DNA from: Callorhinchus milii
Taxonomy: Eukaryota
DNA: 64,000 nt
Reading direction: 5' to 3'
Assembly (NCBI RefSeq): GCF_018977255.1
Contig: NW_024704743.1
Coordinates: 79,672,001 to 79,736,000 of the forward strand
Positions 12,171 to 24,210 of the stretch are shown here, in pieces. Position 1 is the first letter of the stretch; every line of letters starts with the position of its first letter. The translations under genes and the position numbers were made by a program. The notes under the pieces were generated by a model. The model saw nothing but the letters and a program-made list of their open reading frames with translations, did no database searches and had not been told where the DNA came from.

Positions 12171-13354
12171 AACAACAACAAGAACAAGATTACATTTGTA
12201 TAGCGCCTTTCACATCGGGAGGACGTCCCAAGGTGTTGGACAGTGTACAGCATTTCAGACCCGAGCTGGGGTCAGGGGGGAGAAGTGAGGAAAAGGGAAG
12301 GGGGTGGCCAATGACATGGTCAAAGAGGAGGGTCTTGATTTGAAAGAGGCTAAGGAGGGGGCGAGGCGGAGTGACTGGGGAATGGAATTCCAGAGGTTGG
12401 GGGCAGAGTGGCTGAAGGCTTTCCCACCAATGGTGGGGCGGGTGGGTCGGGGGAAGTGGAGCAGGCCGGAACCAGCTGAGCGGAGGGAGCGGGCGGGTTG
12501 GTAGGGGCTTAGGAGGTCGCAGAGGTAGGGTGGGGCGAGGCCATGGAGGGCTTTGTAGGTGAGGATCAGAATCTTGAACTGGATCCTCTGAAGGATAGGG
12601 AGCCAATGGAGTCGGGCGAGAGTGGGGGAGATGGGGTCACGGAGTTTGGTGCGGGAGAGGACACGGGCTGCAGAGTTCTCGATTATCTGCAGTCTGTGGA
12701 GGGAGGCGTTGGGAAGGCCGACAAGCAGTGAGTTTGCATAGTTGAGCCTGGAGGTGGTGAAGGCATGAACAAGAGTTTCAGCGGCCTAAGGGGTGAGGTA
12801 GTGGTGGAGTCGGGCGATGTTACGGTGGTGAGGGAAGGCAAAGCAGGTCATGGCTTGAATGTGGGGAAAAAAAGACAGTTGAGGGTCGAACAAGACACCG
12901 AGGTTCCTGACTGGCTTGGTGAGTTGAAGTGTGCAACCATGGAGGTTGATGCTGCCAGAGCCTGAGGTGCTGAGGCGCTGGCGCGAGCCAATCAGGAGGG
13001 CCTCAGTCTTGCTCACACTCAACTGTAGGAAATTTGCCCTCATCCAGGACTTGATGTCCAATTGGCAGTCTGTCAGGACAGCAGTGGTCCTGGAGTTGAG
13101 GGTGGAGGCAGAAAGATAGAGTTGGGTGTCATCCGCAAACATGTGGAAGTTGACCCCATGTCTGCGGATGATGTCACCAAGGGGGAGCGTGTAGATATTA
13201 AAGAGGAGAGGGCCAAGGACAGAGCCCTGGGGGACGCCAGAAGTGACAGTGCGGGGGCTGGAGGAGAAACCGTTAGAGGCATCAAAGTGGAGACGGTGAG
13301 AGAGATAGGAATCGAACCAGGCAAGGGCAGGTCTGTGAAGATTAAGTAAAGAGG
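12171..13354 (-). mobile_element. L2 LINE (subfamily b), 5'-truncated
   Basis: [17 protein letters not shown]...FADDTQLY...KTEALLIG...VRNLGVLFD; highly similar to 60585-61729. Confidence 0.96.
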
Positions 13355-15211
13355 ATAGTGAAGTGAAGAATGAACAGAAAATCAATTGGAAGAGAAGAGA
13401 ACGCCCGGCAGGAGAACTGGTCTGGAGGGGATTACACACATTGGGAGGGTGACATCGGGAAGGGATTTGATCAAAGATCTGGAAGTTGATCTGGTGGTGT
13501 TCTGGGAGCAGTAGAGGAAGGATGTAAAAGATTTTTGGCAAATCTTAGCCTGCATCAAATACTCCCGGTCATGCATAGTATAGCTAACTGCTGGTAAAGC
13601 TTTCTCAACGGATCCTCAACAATAGTGCCTAAATTCAACCTCATCAGATTTTAACAGCTACCCACCCCCTTCTTCAGTACCAGCAGAGAGGAGAAGACAT
13701 TTATTTGTCTCATTAGTCAGGCTGGATTTGAACCAAGACCCCAGAAGTTTGCTTATTCACTATGTCATCACCATTTGGCCCTTTGAGCTGCTTTGCCTGC
13801 ACTTAGGAGATCAACCTAAGGACAGGTCAAAAGCTCTGTTTTGTGCTGGTTGCTAACTACTTTAATGCAGTAGTCCCACCCCAAGATGCTCTGGACAGGT
13901 TGTGCTGCTTGATAGGTGAAGCAGTTCACAGTGTCTGGTGATCCATATGTGGGCATGGAGACCATCATGAAAAGTTCTTGAATCTGGGTCCAAACTGTCT
14001 GTCCTGAAGTTATCTGTATTCAATGGCATCCTATGAAAGAAATGCAATCTCACAAGCCACGGATGGGATTTTAATATCTGACGAGGATTACACTGAGCAG
14101 CTTTCTGGACAATGGGTTAGAGGAGTCAACAGCATGGCCAGCTAGCAGTCAGAATAACAACCTTTGCCTTGAGCACTGACAAGACCAGTTATGTGGTATA
14201 TGAGGGCTGACTATTCACGAATGCTGCACTGTGAGTTACTGCTCAGTCTGGTTTCCCAAAGCATCTCAGAGGAGCTTGTGATGCAGAGCGTTGACATGAT
14301 CTATTCACACAAGGTTGTTTGGCAAGAATTTTTGTCATATTTGAAAGACGTTTCATAACTGAACATGCCTCTTGTGGGTTTCTTGCAGGTTTGGTTTGAC
14401 CTCTGTATCCCAGCTAAACAAAGCTGTGTCAGCCCAAAACACTGATCTTTTCTTCCATGTGCTTGAGGTTTCTGTTAATTCTAGGAGAGTCAACATTACA
14501 GTTTCCTCTGGACACTGAATTTACTCTGGTTTGATGAGGATGACTGACTTTCATATAGGAAAAATGTTTTTACCAGACAGTGACTATATTGTACTATACA
14601 AGGGCAACCAACTAATCACTGGGATTTTAACATATTTGATTTTGGTTTCCTCTATTCCACTCTGGGAACAAGGGTTATATTCTAAAGGGAAAACATGCTT
14701 CTCAATAATGACTCTTGGTGTGAATCTGCAAGTTTTGAATCGATACAGAGGCTTTTAAGTTGCAAAAGTACCTCAGAACAAAGCAGTAAAGTCTTAGTTC
14801 ACACCTTGGAGGTCAAGGGTTCATATCTAGAGAGACCAGATCACAGTCTCAACAGCTTTATGAGGTTGACTTATCTCAGGAATTGGTTGACAATGTTTGA
14901 ATAGCTGTGGTCTTGGAACTTACCAAGGCCCTAAGGATGAGCAAGTCTTGTCATTTGTTTGTCGGTTTTTCTTCTTATCTTCCCAAATGGTTTTGCAGAC
15001 CTGAAACTGGCATAAGCTTTACAGAAACAGCAATATATAGTGTTGAGAAATTGTCTGATACAGCAATTAGACCCACTGTCCTATAAAAAAATCTTTGTCC
15101 CAGTGAGAGGAGGATATGCGGAAGAGACCTACAACAAAAGCAGCTGATGATTCCTTCAACAAACGAACTGGATGAGTATTTTTGTGGGCCAGTATTGAGT
15201 AGTAAAGGAAA

Positions 15212-15572
15212 ATAATAATAATAATAATAATGCTTGCATTTGAAATATCGCCTTATCATATCTTCAAGACATCTCAAAGCGCTTCACAGAATATACTGTA
15301 AAGTGAATTGACTGCATATTTTGTGGGTGAAACACAGCAGCCAATTGCATATAGCAGTGTCCCATAAACAGTCATGGACTGAGGAATCCATTTTTTTAAA
15401 GGAATTATTACCCCCGGAAAAGCAATCTGTCAATCGACTAACAATCGGGTTCCTAGTTACTGCTGGGTAAATAGAGTGGAGTAATGAAACTTGCCCAATG
15501 TTTTGACCTGCCGGGAATTGAACCCAGGTCTCTCACTTGCGAGGGGAGTGCTCTACCCATTGAGCTACTACA
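15212..15572 (-). mobile_element. SINE family A, long form
   Basis: Minus-strand head 'gtagtagctcaatgggtagagcactcccctcgcaagtgagagacctgggttcaattcc', long central segment, Deu core and (TTA)n tail. Confidence 0.88.
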
Positions 15573-15585
15573 GTGAGCAAGATGA

Positions 15586-16183
15586 ACAACAACAAGATTC
15601 CATTTATAGAGCGCCTTTCACGTCGGGAGGACGTCCCAAGGCGCTGTACAGTTGGATCAGGACCCGAACAAGGGGGAAATGGTCAGGGTGAGAGGAGGGA
15701 CGGGAGTGAGCGAGGAAGGGGTAGAGAGTCGAGAGGGGAGCTGAAGGCTCGGTGAAAGAGAAAGGTCTTGCGACCGGCCTTGAAGGAGGAAAGGGAGGAA
15801 GCGGCGAAGGCACTGGGGGATAGAGTTCCAGAGCCTCGGAGCTGAGAGGCTGAAGGCCCGGCCACCGATGGTAGGGCGGTTGGGGCGGGGGATGTGGAGC
15901 AGACCGGAGCCAGAGGAACAGAGGGTACGGGCAGGTAAGTAGGGGGATAGTAGATCAGAGAGGTAGGAGGGAGCAAGGCCGTGAATGGCCTTGTAGGTGA
16001 GGATTAGGATCTTGAATTCGATCCTTTGGGGGGATGGGGAGCCAGTGGAGGCGAGCGAGGGTGGGAGTGATGTGGTCCCGAAGCCTGGTGCGGGACAGTA
16101 CACGAGCTGCAGAGTTCTGAATGACCTGCAGCTTGTGGAGGGAGGTGCCGGGAAGGCCGGCGAGGAGAGAGTTCCCATAGTCA
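15586..16183 (-). mobile_element. Young L2 LINE 3' fragment
   Basis: DYGNSLLAGLP...LHWLPI; near-identical to 9774-10380. Confidence 0.96.
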
Positions 16184-16635
16184 AACAAATATTTCAGCTG
16201 TGTGTGTATGTGTGAGATGGGTAGGAGGTTGAGGATAGAGTAAATATGTTATGTATGAGATAAGAGAATTAAATAATACCATATTTCCAATATCTGGGGG
16301 TGTGAATGGAGTTCAAAGAGGTGCATAGGAAGTTAGAAATCTTATCTTGCAAGCATTAAGAGTGCACCTCTGCAAAGACTTCAATTAAACAGAAATAATG
16401 TATTTTGTGTTAACTAAACATTCTGAGGGGGAGGGGTTGTCCCCAGATTACTCTGACTAAGCCTGGTGGTAAATGGGATGACTGATCCTTTGCCAACTCT
16501 AAATTATTTCCTCTACGTATGATTCATGAAACAACTCTGTGTTAGAATTTATCTGCAGATGATAAAAATTACGCGCAATAAAGCAATTCAAAACCTCTGA
16601 GACTGAAAGAGCCTTGTGAATGTATTTATATTTTC

Positions 16636-17040
16636 TGGCTCCCCATCTCCCTGGGGATGGAATTTAAGATCCTCATGCTCATTTTCAAATGCCTCCACGG
16701 GCTTGCCCTGACCTGCCTGTGTGACTTCACGCACCCTACTTGCCTGGTCACTCCAAACACTCAGCAAACAGTAGCTTGCTTCATTTCCCCTCTCTGATCC
16801 GCCCTACCAATAGTTGCCAAGCTTTCAGCCACCCTGCCCCTGTTCCTGTTAACTCCATGTACTCTCTCCTGCCTTCAAAATTCTCCTGAAGACTTATCTC
16901 TTCAACTGTGCTTTAAGTCACCATTCTCCTCCCTTCCTCAGCATCCCCCCGCCTGTTCCCCCACTTGGGCCCGTAGTCAGCTGTGCGAAGTACATTGAGA
17001 TTTTGTGCTAACAAGAAAGGCGCTATATCAATGTAAATTA
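16636..17040 (+). mobile_element. Old L2 3' end
   Basis: WLPISLGMEFKILMLIFKCLHGLA; 'aaaggcgctatatcaatgtaa' tail. Confidence 0.8.
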
Positions 17041-17439
17041 AGGATGAAAATAAGCTACAGGCTTGTACGGGCACTCATCGCAGTCATTTGAAGGTCAGAT
17101 TTAAACTGCTCAGATGGCGTAACCTGGTTTCCCTATTTCCCTACAAAAATCTGGCTTCGCACCACGGAGTTGTACAGAGTCATGTTTATGACCTACTCTT
17201 GGAAGGGCAAGGAAGGTGTTGTAACCAGTCCTGTAAGCGACACTTTCCACCTGCCGGCCTGAGAGTGCAATATAAACTTGACAAATGCTCAGAGAATCTC
17301 AAGCGAACTACTTCATTGCAAATACAATCAGAATATGGTGAAGGTGATGAATTTTACATATTCAAGCCCTCCATCTTTACAGACAGAATGGGAACATGTT
17401 CTGAGTGGGCAGCTGGATGGTGGCTAAAGGCTCAGTCAG

Positions 17440-17720
17440 AGGATACAGTTTTAGATGGGTTTGAAAGCAGAGGGAAGGAGTGAGGCAGTGGAATTTAAAG
17501 GAGAGAATTACAGAGAGCAGAGGTAAAGTGGCTGAAAGCTCATCCATCAATGGTGATGCGGAGGGATCACAGGGAGGCAATGAATGGGAGAATAGGAGTA
17601 TTCAGAAGAAGTGTTCTGGATTCTGGAAATTATTAGACTCAGGTTGGAAAGAGGCAAGGCTTGGTGACTCCAGAATATGAGTTGGGGGTAATGCTGGAGT
17701 CTAACCAGCTAAAACCGCAT
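17440..17720 (-). mobile_element. Old L2 fragment
   Basis: 'gtggctgaaagctcatccatcaatggtg' (GxxAFS motif on the minus strand). Confidence 0.55.
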
Positions 17721-18114
17721 AGCTTGCCATTTAGAGCACTCTCTTGCAACTTTTCATGTTGTTTCTCTAACTATGACCAACTTAAACATTAGGGCTTTGG
17801 CTTGCAGGGTTAACAGAACCTGAGTGGGAAGTGTCCCTGCCCCCAGTGACTGGTCTGCCCTTCAACTCTTGCCAATGAGCCAGGCTGGTTGTGCTGTCAT
17901 CAGCAGTGCCCTGGAATACTGCAGACCCGCCTGGCTCAAGAACTAGATTACCAAGACCACCACAGAGGGCTGGCTCGATTCCGCCATTCCATTTCCAAAC
18001 ATGTCACCTTGGAGCCAATTTAGCTCCAAAGAGACCCTGTTACCTGTCCCTCCTGCCCAGGAGGATATTCATCATTAAGAATGAGGTTTTGAGCCCTCAA
18101 GAAGATGGTGGGTA

Positions 18115-18460
18115 ATATAGCATCTTATCATGTCTTCAAGACGTCTCAAAGCCCTTCACAAAAATACACTGTAAAGTGAATTGACTGCATATTTTGTGGG
18201 CGAAACGCAGCAGCCAATTGCGTACAACAGTGTCCTACAAACAGTCGTGGACTGAGGGACCAAATTGCTTATTTATTTCGAAGGGATTATTACATCTAGA
18301 AAGCAATCCGCCAATCAACTAACACCCGGATTCCTACTTACTGCTCGGTGAACAGAGGCGTGTGGAGTAAGAAACATGCCTAACGTTTTGCCCCGCCTGG
18401 AAATCAAACCCGGATCCTCTTGCTTGCGAGGCGAGTGCTCTAACCAATATGTCACACAAC
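18115..18460 (-). mobile_element. SINE family A, long form
   Basis: Minus-strand head 'ggttagagcactcgcctcgcaagcaagag', long segment and Deu core 'caattggctgctgcgtttcgcccacaaaat'. Confidence 0.88.
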
Positions 18461-18469
18461 ACCACAGAT

Positions 18470-18900
18470 ACCAGGAACTCCTGCGAGCTTCTTAGTAGGC
18501 AACACAGCTCAGCATGATATAGGTGAGAGCATTGCCAACATTTTCCTGTCCACAGCTCAGACACATGTCCCTTCCCATTGAACGATGGCTCTACCAGTTG
18601 GAGGTGCAGAGCTTAAGCAGCAGCTGCTTACGTCTCTGCAAGCCAATCAAGATGAATTCCGGGTGCTGAATGTACGAACACATGTTCACGAACTTGGACT
18701 CCAGGTAACGCCTTCCTGCAGCTGTCGCCTGAAGCCTCAGAGTTCCCTCATCAGCTATCTGGTGGACATCTGCCTTCAGTGTGGTGGGAGACCTTTACAG
18801 GACATCTTTGTAATATGCCAGCCACTGTTTCTGTTCTTTCCATTTTCCAGCTGTGTTCCTCAGCTGTTGTGTCCCATACTACAGCCCGTGTTGTGCCTGT
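18470..18900 (-). pseudogene. Decayed non-LTR retrotransposon ORF2 C-terminus with CCHC-type knuckle (RTE-X/I-like; not L2 or CR1)
   Basis: One frame with scattered stops: ...SYIQHPEFILIGLQRRKQLLLKLCTSNW*SHRSMGRDMCLSCGQENVGNALTYIMLSCVAY*EARR, i.e. CxxC-x10-(H>Y)-x4-C-xAYxxxR. Confidence 0.45.
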
Positions 18901-21336
18901 TGACATTTTTTGGAATATCGGACAATACTTGTAATTCAAATTCAACTCAGCCATGCACTGAAAAAATAACTAAACAGCTTTCTGAAAACAAAAGATTCCA
19001 ATATTGAAGTGACTTTTTATAACACTGAACCAATATTATTTTCGAACCTACATCTCTCTCATAAATTCATGATTTACATCAATGCTTGATTTCTGAGTGC
19101 TGTAAGTAGACAATAGTTGGTTCCATGCCATGGAAAGAAAGGGACATGCACACATAAATAGTACATATTGCACACACATGTGCGCGGATGAACAAACACG
19201 TGCGCATACACATATACACATGTATGCACCCCCACACACACATGCATAAGCATTCATACACACTGAAACACCCACTCACACCGAGATGTAGACCTTAGCT
19301 AACATTTAATGTTGTTTGCTTTGGGGGAATCAGCTGCCTTTCTACTTCCGTCACTAGCTCTGTTTAAGCAAATAAATGTATGTCACATTACCTCAAGCCC
19401 CTACTTCAAAACCTTTGACATTTGTGGTTTGCTGTTGTTCAGCACAAGATTTCACCTTCATTTGCTTTGGAGAGGGGGAAAAAACAACAGATAGTCAATC
19501 ATAGGCGGTTTAGCTGAGTGTAGGCTGGAAAGATGTGTCACAGCTGCCTCGCATATGGCCAGGCATTGTCATTTATAGGTGGGGTACTATTTCCATACAA
19601 CGTTGATAACATTTAAAAGTCCATTAGGTAAGTAGCAGTGGAAAAAGCATTAAAGGCATTTCTTCGGTCACTGAAGCTTGTTACATAATCAGACGCATTT
19701 AACTTGCTTCTCAAAAGAGAGCAGGCGTCTTTTAAGAAATAAAGATAGTTTGCTGGTCTGAATCTTGCATTTGGCCTGTCAGAGCAAAATAAAAGATTGG
19801 TTTTAAATAAAACCTGCAAACCAGCTTGCCATTTAACAACTGTGGTCTGTGGTGTACGCACTGCCTATATTTAGATCTGCTTTCGAATAAGTATCGATGC
19901 TGGCTTCCTGCTTTCCGTGAACACTTGCAATTTCACGGTTTAAGCGTTACCAATCGCATTGTTCTTCCTCTTTAAATTCCATTTGTCTTTTTTTTAGAAA
20001 AAAAACTTTTTTCCGAGATCCTCCAGAAATCTGTCACTAACTGAGATATTTCCAGATGTTCATTGAGGTTGCATTGTCAGCCGGTAATTCTATGGTGCCT
20101 CTCAGAGAAAGAGGCAGCTCCTGAGCTTCAGCTGCAGACAGAATGCTTGTTAAAGCACTCGAGTGACTAGCCAAGAGCTACAATTAGCTTGAGACATCTC
20201 CAAAATAGAACCTGTGTATTTCTAAATCGTAGTCATTCACAGGGAGTTTGTCTCTCAAACTTTTTTAAAATATAGAATCCGATGAGAGACTAGTGACCTC
20301 TCACTGGCCTTTTGGGTTACCTTTAGTTAGATAATATTAGCATCTAATGGGTCTACCTTAAAAGACTACATTTAACACTGAGTCTGGGGGAATCAATTTA
20401 CAGTTTTTGATCCATTCTACCTGAAAGCAATCTTCTTTTTTTAACTGACAATTTAAAGTAACAAATTGATGTTTAAAAAGTACTCTGGTCACTGTGTGAC
20501 CACCATAAAAGCACCTACAATGTAAACATTGTTCCAGGGAATCTCCTGCACATTGCACAGACTCGCAAGCTTCCACTCATACCTGACATCTCATCCGGAC
20601 TGAAAACCTGCAAATCTGTGTGATATACAGGGCTTTCCCTGGAGAAAACACTGTTAATGTTGTGAGTGCTATTGGCAGCAGCCAGGAAGCCAGCGGTTAT
20701 GCCAATAGAGCATTTTATAGGCACTAAGGACTACTGTCTCATTCAGATTAGTCTGAAGTAAATGTTCCAAAAAGCCAAAAGGTATCTTCAAATAGCAATA
20801 CTTTTTTTTTGCATCATATGCAAATTAATTGCATTACAATTTGAAGGTGAAGAGATACAATTCAGATTCACATTGGAACGGTTCAAATAAAGAACGCCTT
20901 TTTGAGCCATTCAATCACATATTCCCAGAATACCAACTTTATATTTCTCATTACAGCATGGGCTATTTCCTATCCGAGTTATGTTTCCTGGCCTCAAAGT
21001 TGTTTTCCGTTAACCCGTTCCAGCTGATGCTTATCCTCTGTATATCCTGCTTTGTATCCTAAAATTGTCCTTTATAAAAAGCCATTCATGGTCTTGCTCC
21101 CCCCTACATCTCCGACCTCCTAACTCTCTACCATCCTGCCTGCTCGCTCCGCTTAGTAGGCTCTGGCCTGCTTCATGGCTCCTCACTCGCTCCACCATTG
21201 CGGGCAGGCTTTTTGCCAGTCTGTCCCCACCCTCTGGAACTCCCATCTCGCAGTCCTTGCAGTAGCCAAATGTTTCCTTCAATTCGTCTATCATGGACAT
21301 CAAGCTGTCCGCTGTCTTTTTACAATGGCCTGGCTT

Positions 21337-21636
21337 ACAACAACAACAACTTGCATCTATATAGTACCCCTCACCTGGGGTATCGTCGCAGAGCGCTTGA
21401 CAGTGGCGGAGAATGACACTGAGCCAGGGGAAGGGGCGGAGGTGACCGCAGGCACAGTCGAAGAGGAAGATCTTCAGACGCAATCTGAAGATGGGGAAGG
21501 AATGGACAAGGTGGAGGGATAGAGGAAGAGTATTCCGGAATTTCGGGGAATAGTGACTGAAAGTGAGGCCATTGATGGTGAAACGGAGGACATGAAGGAC
21601 ATGCAGAAGGCAGTCGAGCCAGTCAAGCGGAGTCCG
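21337..21636 (-). mobile_element. Old host L2, 3' segment
   Basis: (TTG)n tail, LKIFLFDCA and FRNTLPLSL; continues at 22086. Confidence 0.8.
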
Positions 21637-22085
21637 CAACAACAACAACAACAACAATAAAATTACATTTGTAAAGCGCCTTTCACGTCAGGAGGACGGA
21701 CCAAGGCACTGGACAGACAGTGTTACGGACCCGAGCTGGGAGTAGAGTTGGGGGAGGGTGGAGGGCAGAGAGGGAAGCAGGGAGATCGAAAACAAAGTCG
21801 AAGAGGAGGGTCGAGATAGGTCTTGAAGGTGGCAAGGGAGACAGAGGGACTACAGGATGGGAGTTCCAGATGGTGGGGGCAGAGTGGGAAGCCAGTGGAG
21901 TTGGGCAAGGATGGGGGTGATAGGGTCGCGGAGCCTAGTGCGGGAGAGGACACGGGCTGTAGAGTTCTGGATAATCTGCAGCCTGTGGAGGGAGGAATTG
22001 GGGAGGCCGACAAGCAATGAGTTTGCATAGTCGATGTAATGAAGGCATGTATGAGGGTTTCGGCGGTCTGCGGTGTGAGACAGTA
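21637..22085 (-). mobile_element. L2 (subfamily c) with internal deletion, inserted in host L2
   Basis: Has its own tail and CLTPQTAETLIHAFITS; similar to 47661-48300 but missing the HWLP-to-AFS interval. Confidence 0.85.
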
Positions 22086-22899
22086 GCTAGTGGGTTGGGG
22101 AGTAAGCAGGTCGAAGAGGTAGGGAGGTGTCAGGGCATGAAGTGATTTGAAAACGAGTGTGAGCATCTTGAAATCAATCCATTCTGCGATAGGAAGCAAG
22201 TGGAGCCTGGCGAGAACTGGTGTGATGGGGGTATGGAGTTCAGTGCGGGTAGCGGAGTTTTAGATCAGCTGGATATTATGCATAGCGGAGTCTGGGGTAA
22301 GGTATGGTCGGAAGCAGGCAATGTGGCAGAGGTGGAAGAAGATGGTCCTGGTCAGGGACTAGATGTGAGAAAAAAAGGACAACTGTGGGTCCACCTGATG
22401 CCTAGGTTCCGCACCGGTTCAGTGAGTCTGAGGGATAGGCTGGAGGTTGAGGAGGTCAGAGCCGCAGGACAGAAGACCTTGATAGGAACCAAGGAGTAAG
22501 GCTTCTGTCTTGTTGCCATTTAGTTGCATGAAGTTTGCGCTCATCCAGGCCCTGATGTCTGGCATACAAGCTGTTAGAACATTGGCAGATCTGGAGTCGC
22601 AGCTGGAGGAGGCAAAGTAGATTTGTGTGTAATCCGCCTATATGTGGAAGTTTACCCCATGTCTGCAGGTGACATTGCCAAGAGGGAGCATATAGATGAG
22701 GAATAGAAAGAGACCAGGGATGAAGTCCTGGGGTTTGCCACAGGTGACCTGGTGGGGCGGGAGAAGAAACCATTTGAAGAAACAAAGTGAAGGCGGTTTG
22801 TTAGGTTGGACTCGAACTAGGATAGTGCGGTCCCACTAAGGTGGAGGAGGGAAGAGAGGCGGTGGAGAAGGATGGTGTGCTTGACTGTGTCGAGGTCCA
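22086..22899 (-). mobile_element. Old host L2, middle segment (RT)
   Basis: LPIAEWIDFKMLTLVFKSLHALTPPYLFDLL; VRNLG; YADD-like 'atataggcggattacacacaa'; ends at DTVKHTILLHRLS. Confidence 0.85.
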
Positions 22900-23035
22900 C
22901 GTTTCCACTTCGACCATGCTTTCGATCTTGCTGCTTCCCCCCACTGCCCTCCAACCTCCCCGACCCCGACTCCCAGCTGGGGTCCATAACTCTGTCTGTC
23001 CAGCCCCTTGGGATGTCCTCCTGACGTGAAAGGCA
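22900..23035 (+). mobile_element. Short L2 (subfamily c) 3' end; its tail resumes at 24045-24072
   Basis: 'gggtccataactctgtctgtccagccccttgggatgtcctcctgacgtgaaaggcact' joins 'ttgaaatgtaattttgttgttg'. Confidence 0.8.
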
Positions 23036-24044
23036 CTCCCTTAAAAACTGCCACCATCACGCCCACCCTGAAAAAACCCTCCCTTGATGCGTCGCAGCTA
23101 TCAAGCTACCGGCCCATCTCCAACCTCGCCTTTCTCTCCAAGGTCCTGGAAAGAGTTGTCGCCTCCCAACTGCGCTCTTTCCTTTCCACCCATTCTCTTT
23201 TCGAACCCCTTCAGTCAGGTTTCCGTGCTGCCCATAGCACAGAAACTGCCCTGGTCAAGGTCACCAATGATATCCTGACCATCTGTGACCAGGGCTCCCT
23301 CTGCCTCCTCGTCCTCCTCGACCTATCGGCAGCATTCGATACGGTCGACCACGCTATCCTACTCCACCGCTTGTCCTCCCACCTCAACCTTCAAGGCACT
23401 GTCCTTGAGTGGTTTAGGTCGTACCTTTCTCACCGTCTTCACTTTGTCTCGACGAATGGCTTCTCCTCCACCCCCCGTACTGTCTCATGCGGTGTCACAT
23501 GACACATCACTCCCACCCTCGCTCGCCTCCACTGGCTCCCCATCCCCCAGAGGATCGAATTCAAGATCCTCATCCTCACCTACAAGGCCATTCACGGCCT
23601 CGCTCCCTCCTACCTCTCCAACCTACTATCCCCCTACCTACCTGCCCGTACCCTCCGTTCCTCCGGCTCCGGTCTGCTCCACGTCCCCCGCCCCAATCGC
23701 CCTACCATCGGTGGTCGGGCCTTCAGCCTCTCAGCCCCGAGGCTCTGGAACTCTATCCCCCAGTGCCTTCGCCTTGCTTCCTCCCTTTCCTCCTTCAAGG
23801 CCGGTCTCAAAACCTTTCTCTTTGACCGAGCCTTCAGCTCCCCTCTCGACTCTCTTCCCCCTCCTCGCTCCCTCCCTTCCCTTCCCTCACCCTGACCATT
23901 TCCCCCCTCCTCGCTCCCTCCCTTCCCTCCCCTCACCCTGACCATTTCCCCCCTGCTCGGGTCATGACCCAACTGTGCAGCGCCTTGGGACGTCCTCCTG
24001 ACGTGAAAGGCGCTTTATAAATGGAATCTTGTTGTTGTTGTTGT
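23036..24044 (+). mobile_element. Young L2 with RT-core deletion and 3' UTR tandem duplication
   Basis: PLKTATITPTLKKPSLD..YRPISNL..QSGFRAAHSTETAL..LLDLSAAFDTVDH..SCGV, then jumps at about 23497 to DHITPTL. Confidence 0.96.
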
Positions 24045-24072
24045 TTTGAAATGTAATTTTGTTGTTGTTGTT

Positions 24073-24210
24073 GTCCAGGAGGACGAGAAGGCAGAGGAAG
24101 GCCCGGTCACAGAGAGAGAAGATAGTATTTTTGACCTTGACAAGTGCCGTCTCTGTGCTATGGGCGAAAACCAGACTGGAGGGGCTCGAGGAGGGAGTGG
24201 AGCGAGAGTG
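24073..24210 (-). mobile_element. Old host L2, 5' segment
   Basis: Minus strand reads HSLLEPLQSGF/AHSTETALVKVKNTIFSLCDRAFLCLLVLLD. Confidence 0.85.

Noticed and set aside
17061..17260. Coding exon candidates on either strand that join in frame to 18.6 kb
   Set aside because: Equally good models can be built on both strands and neither resembles a known protein.
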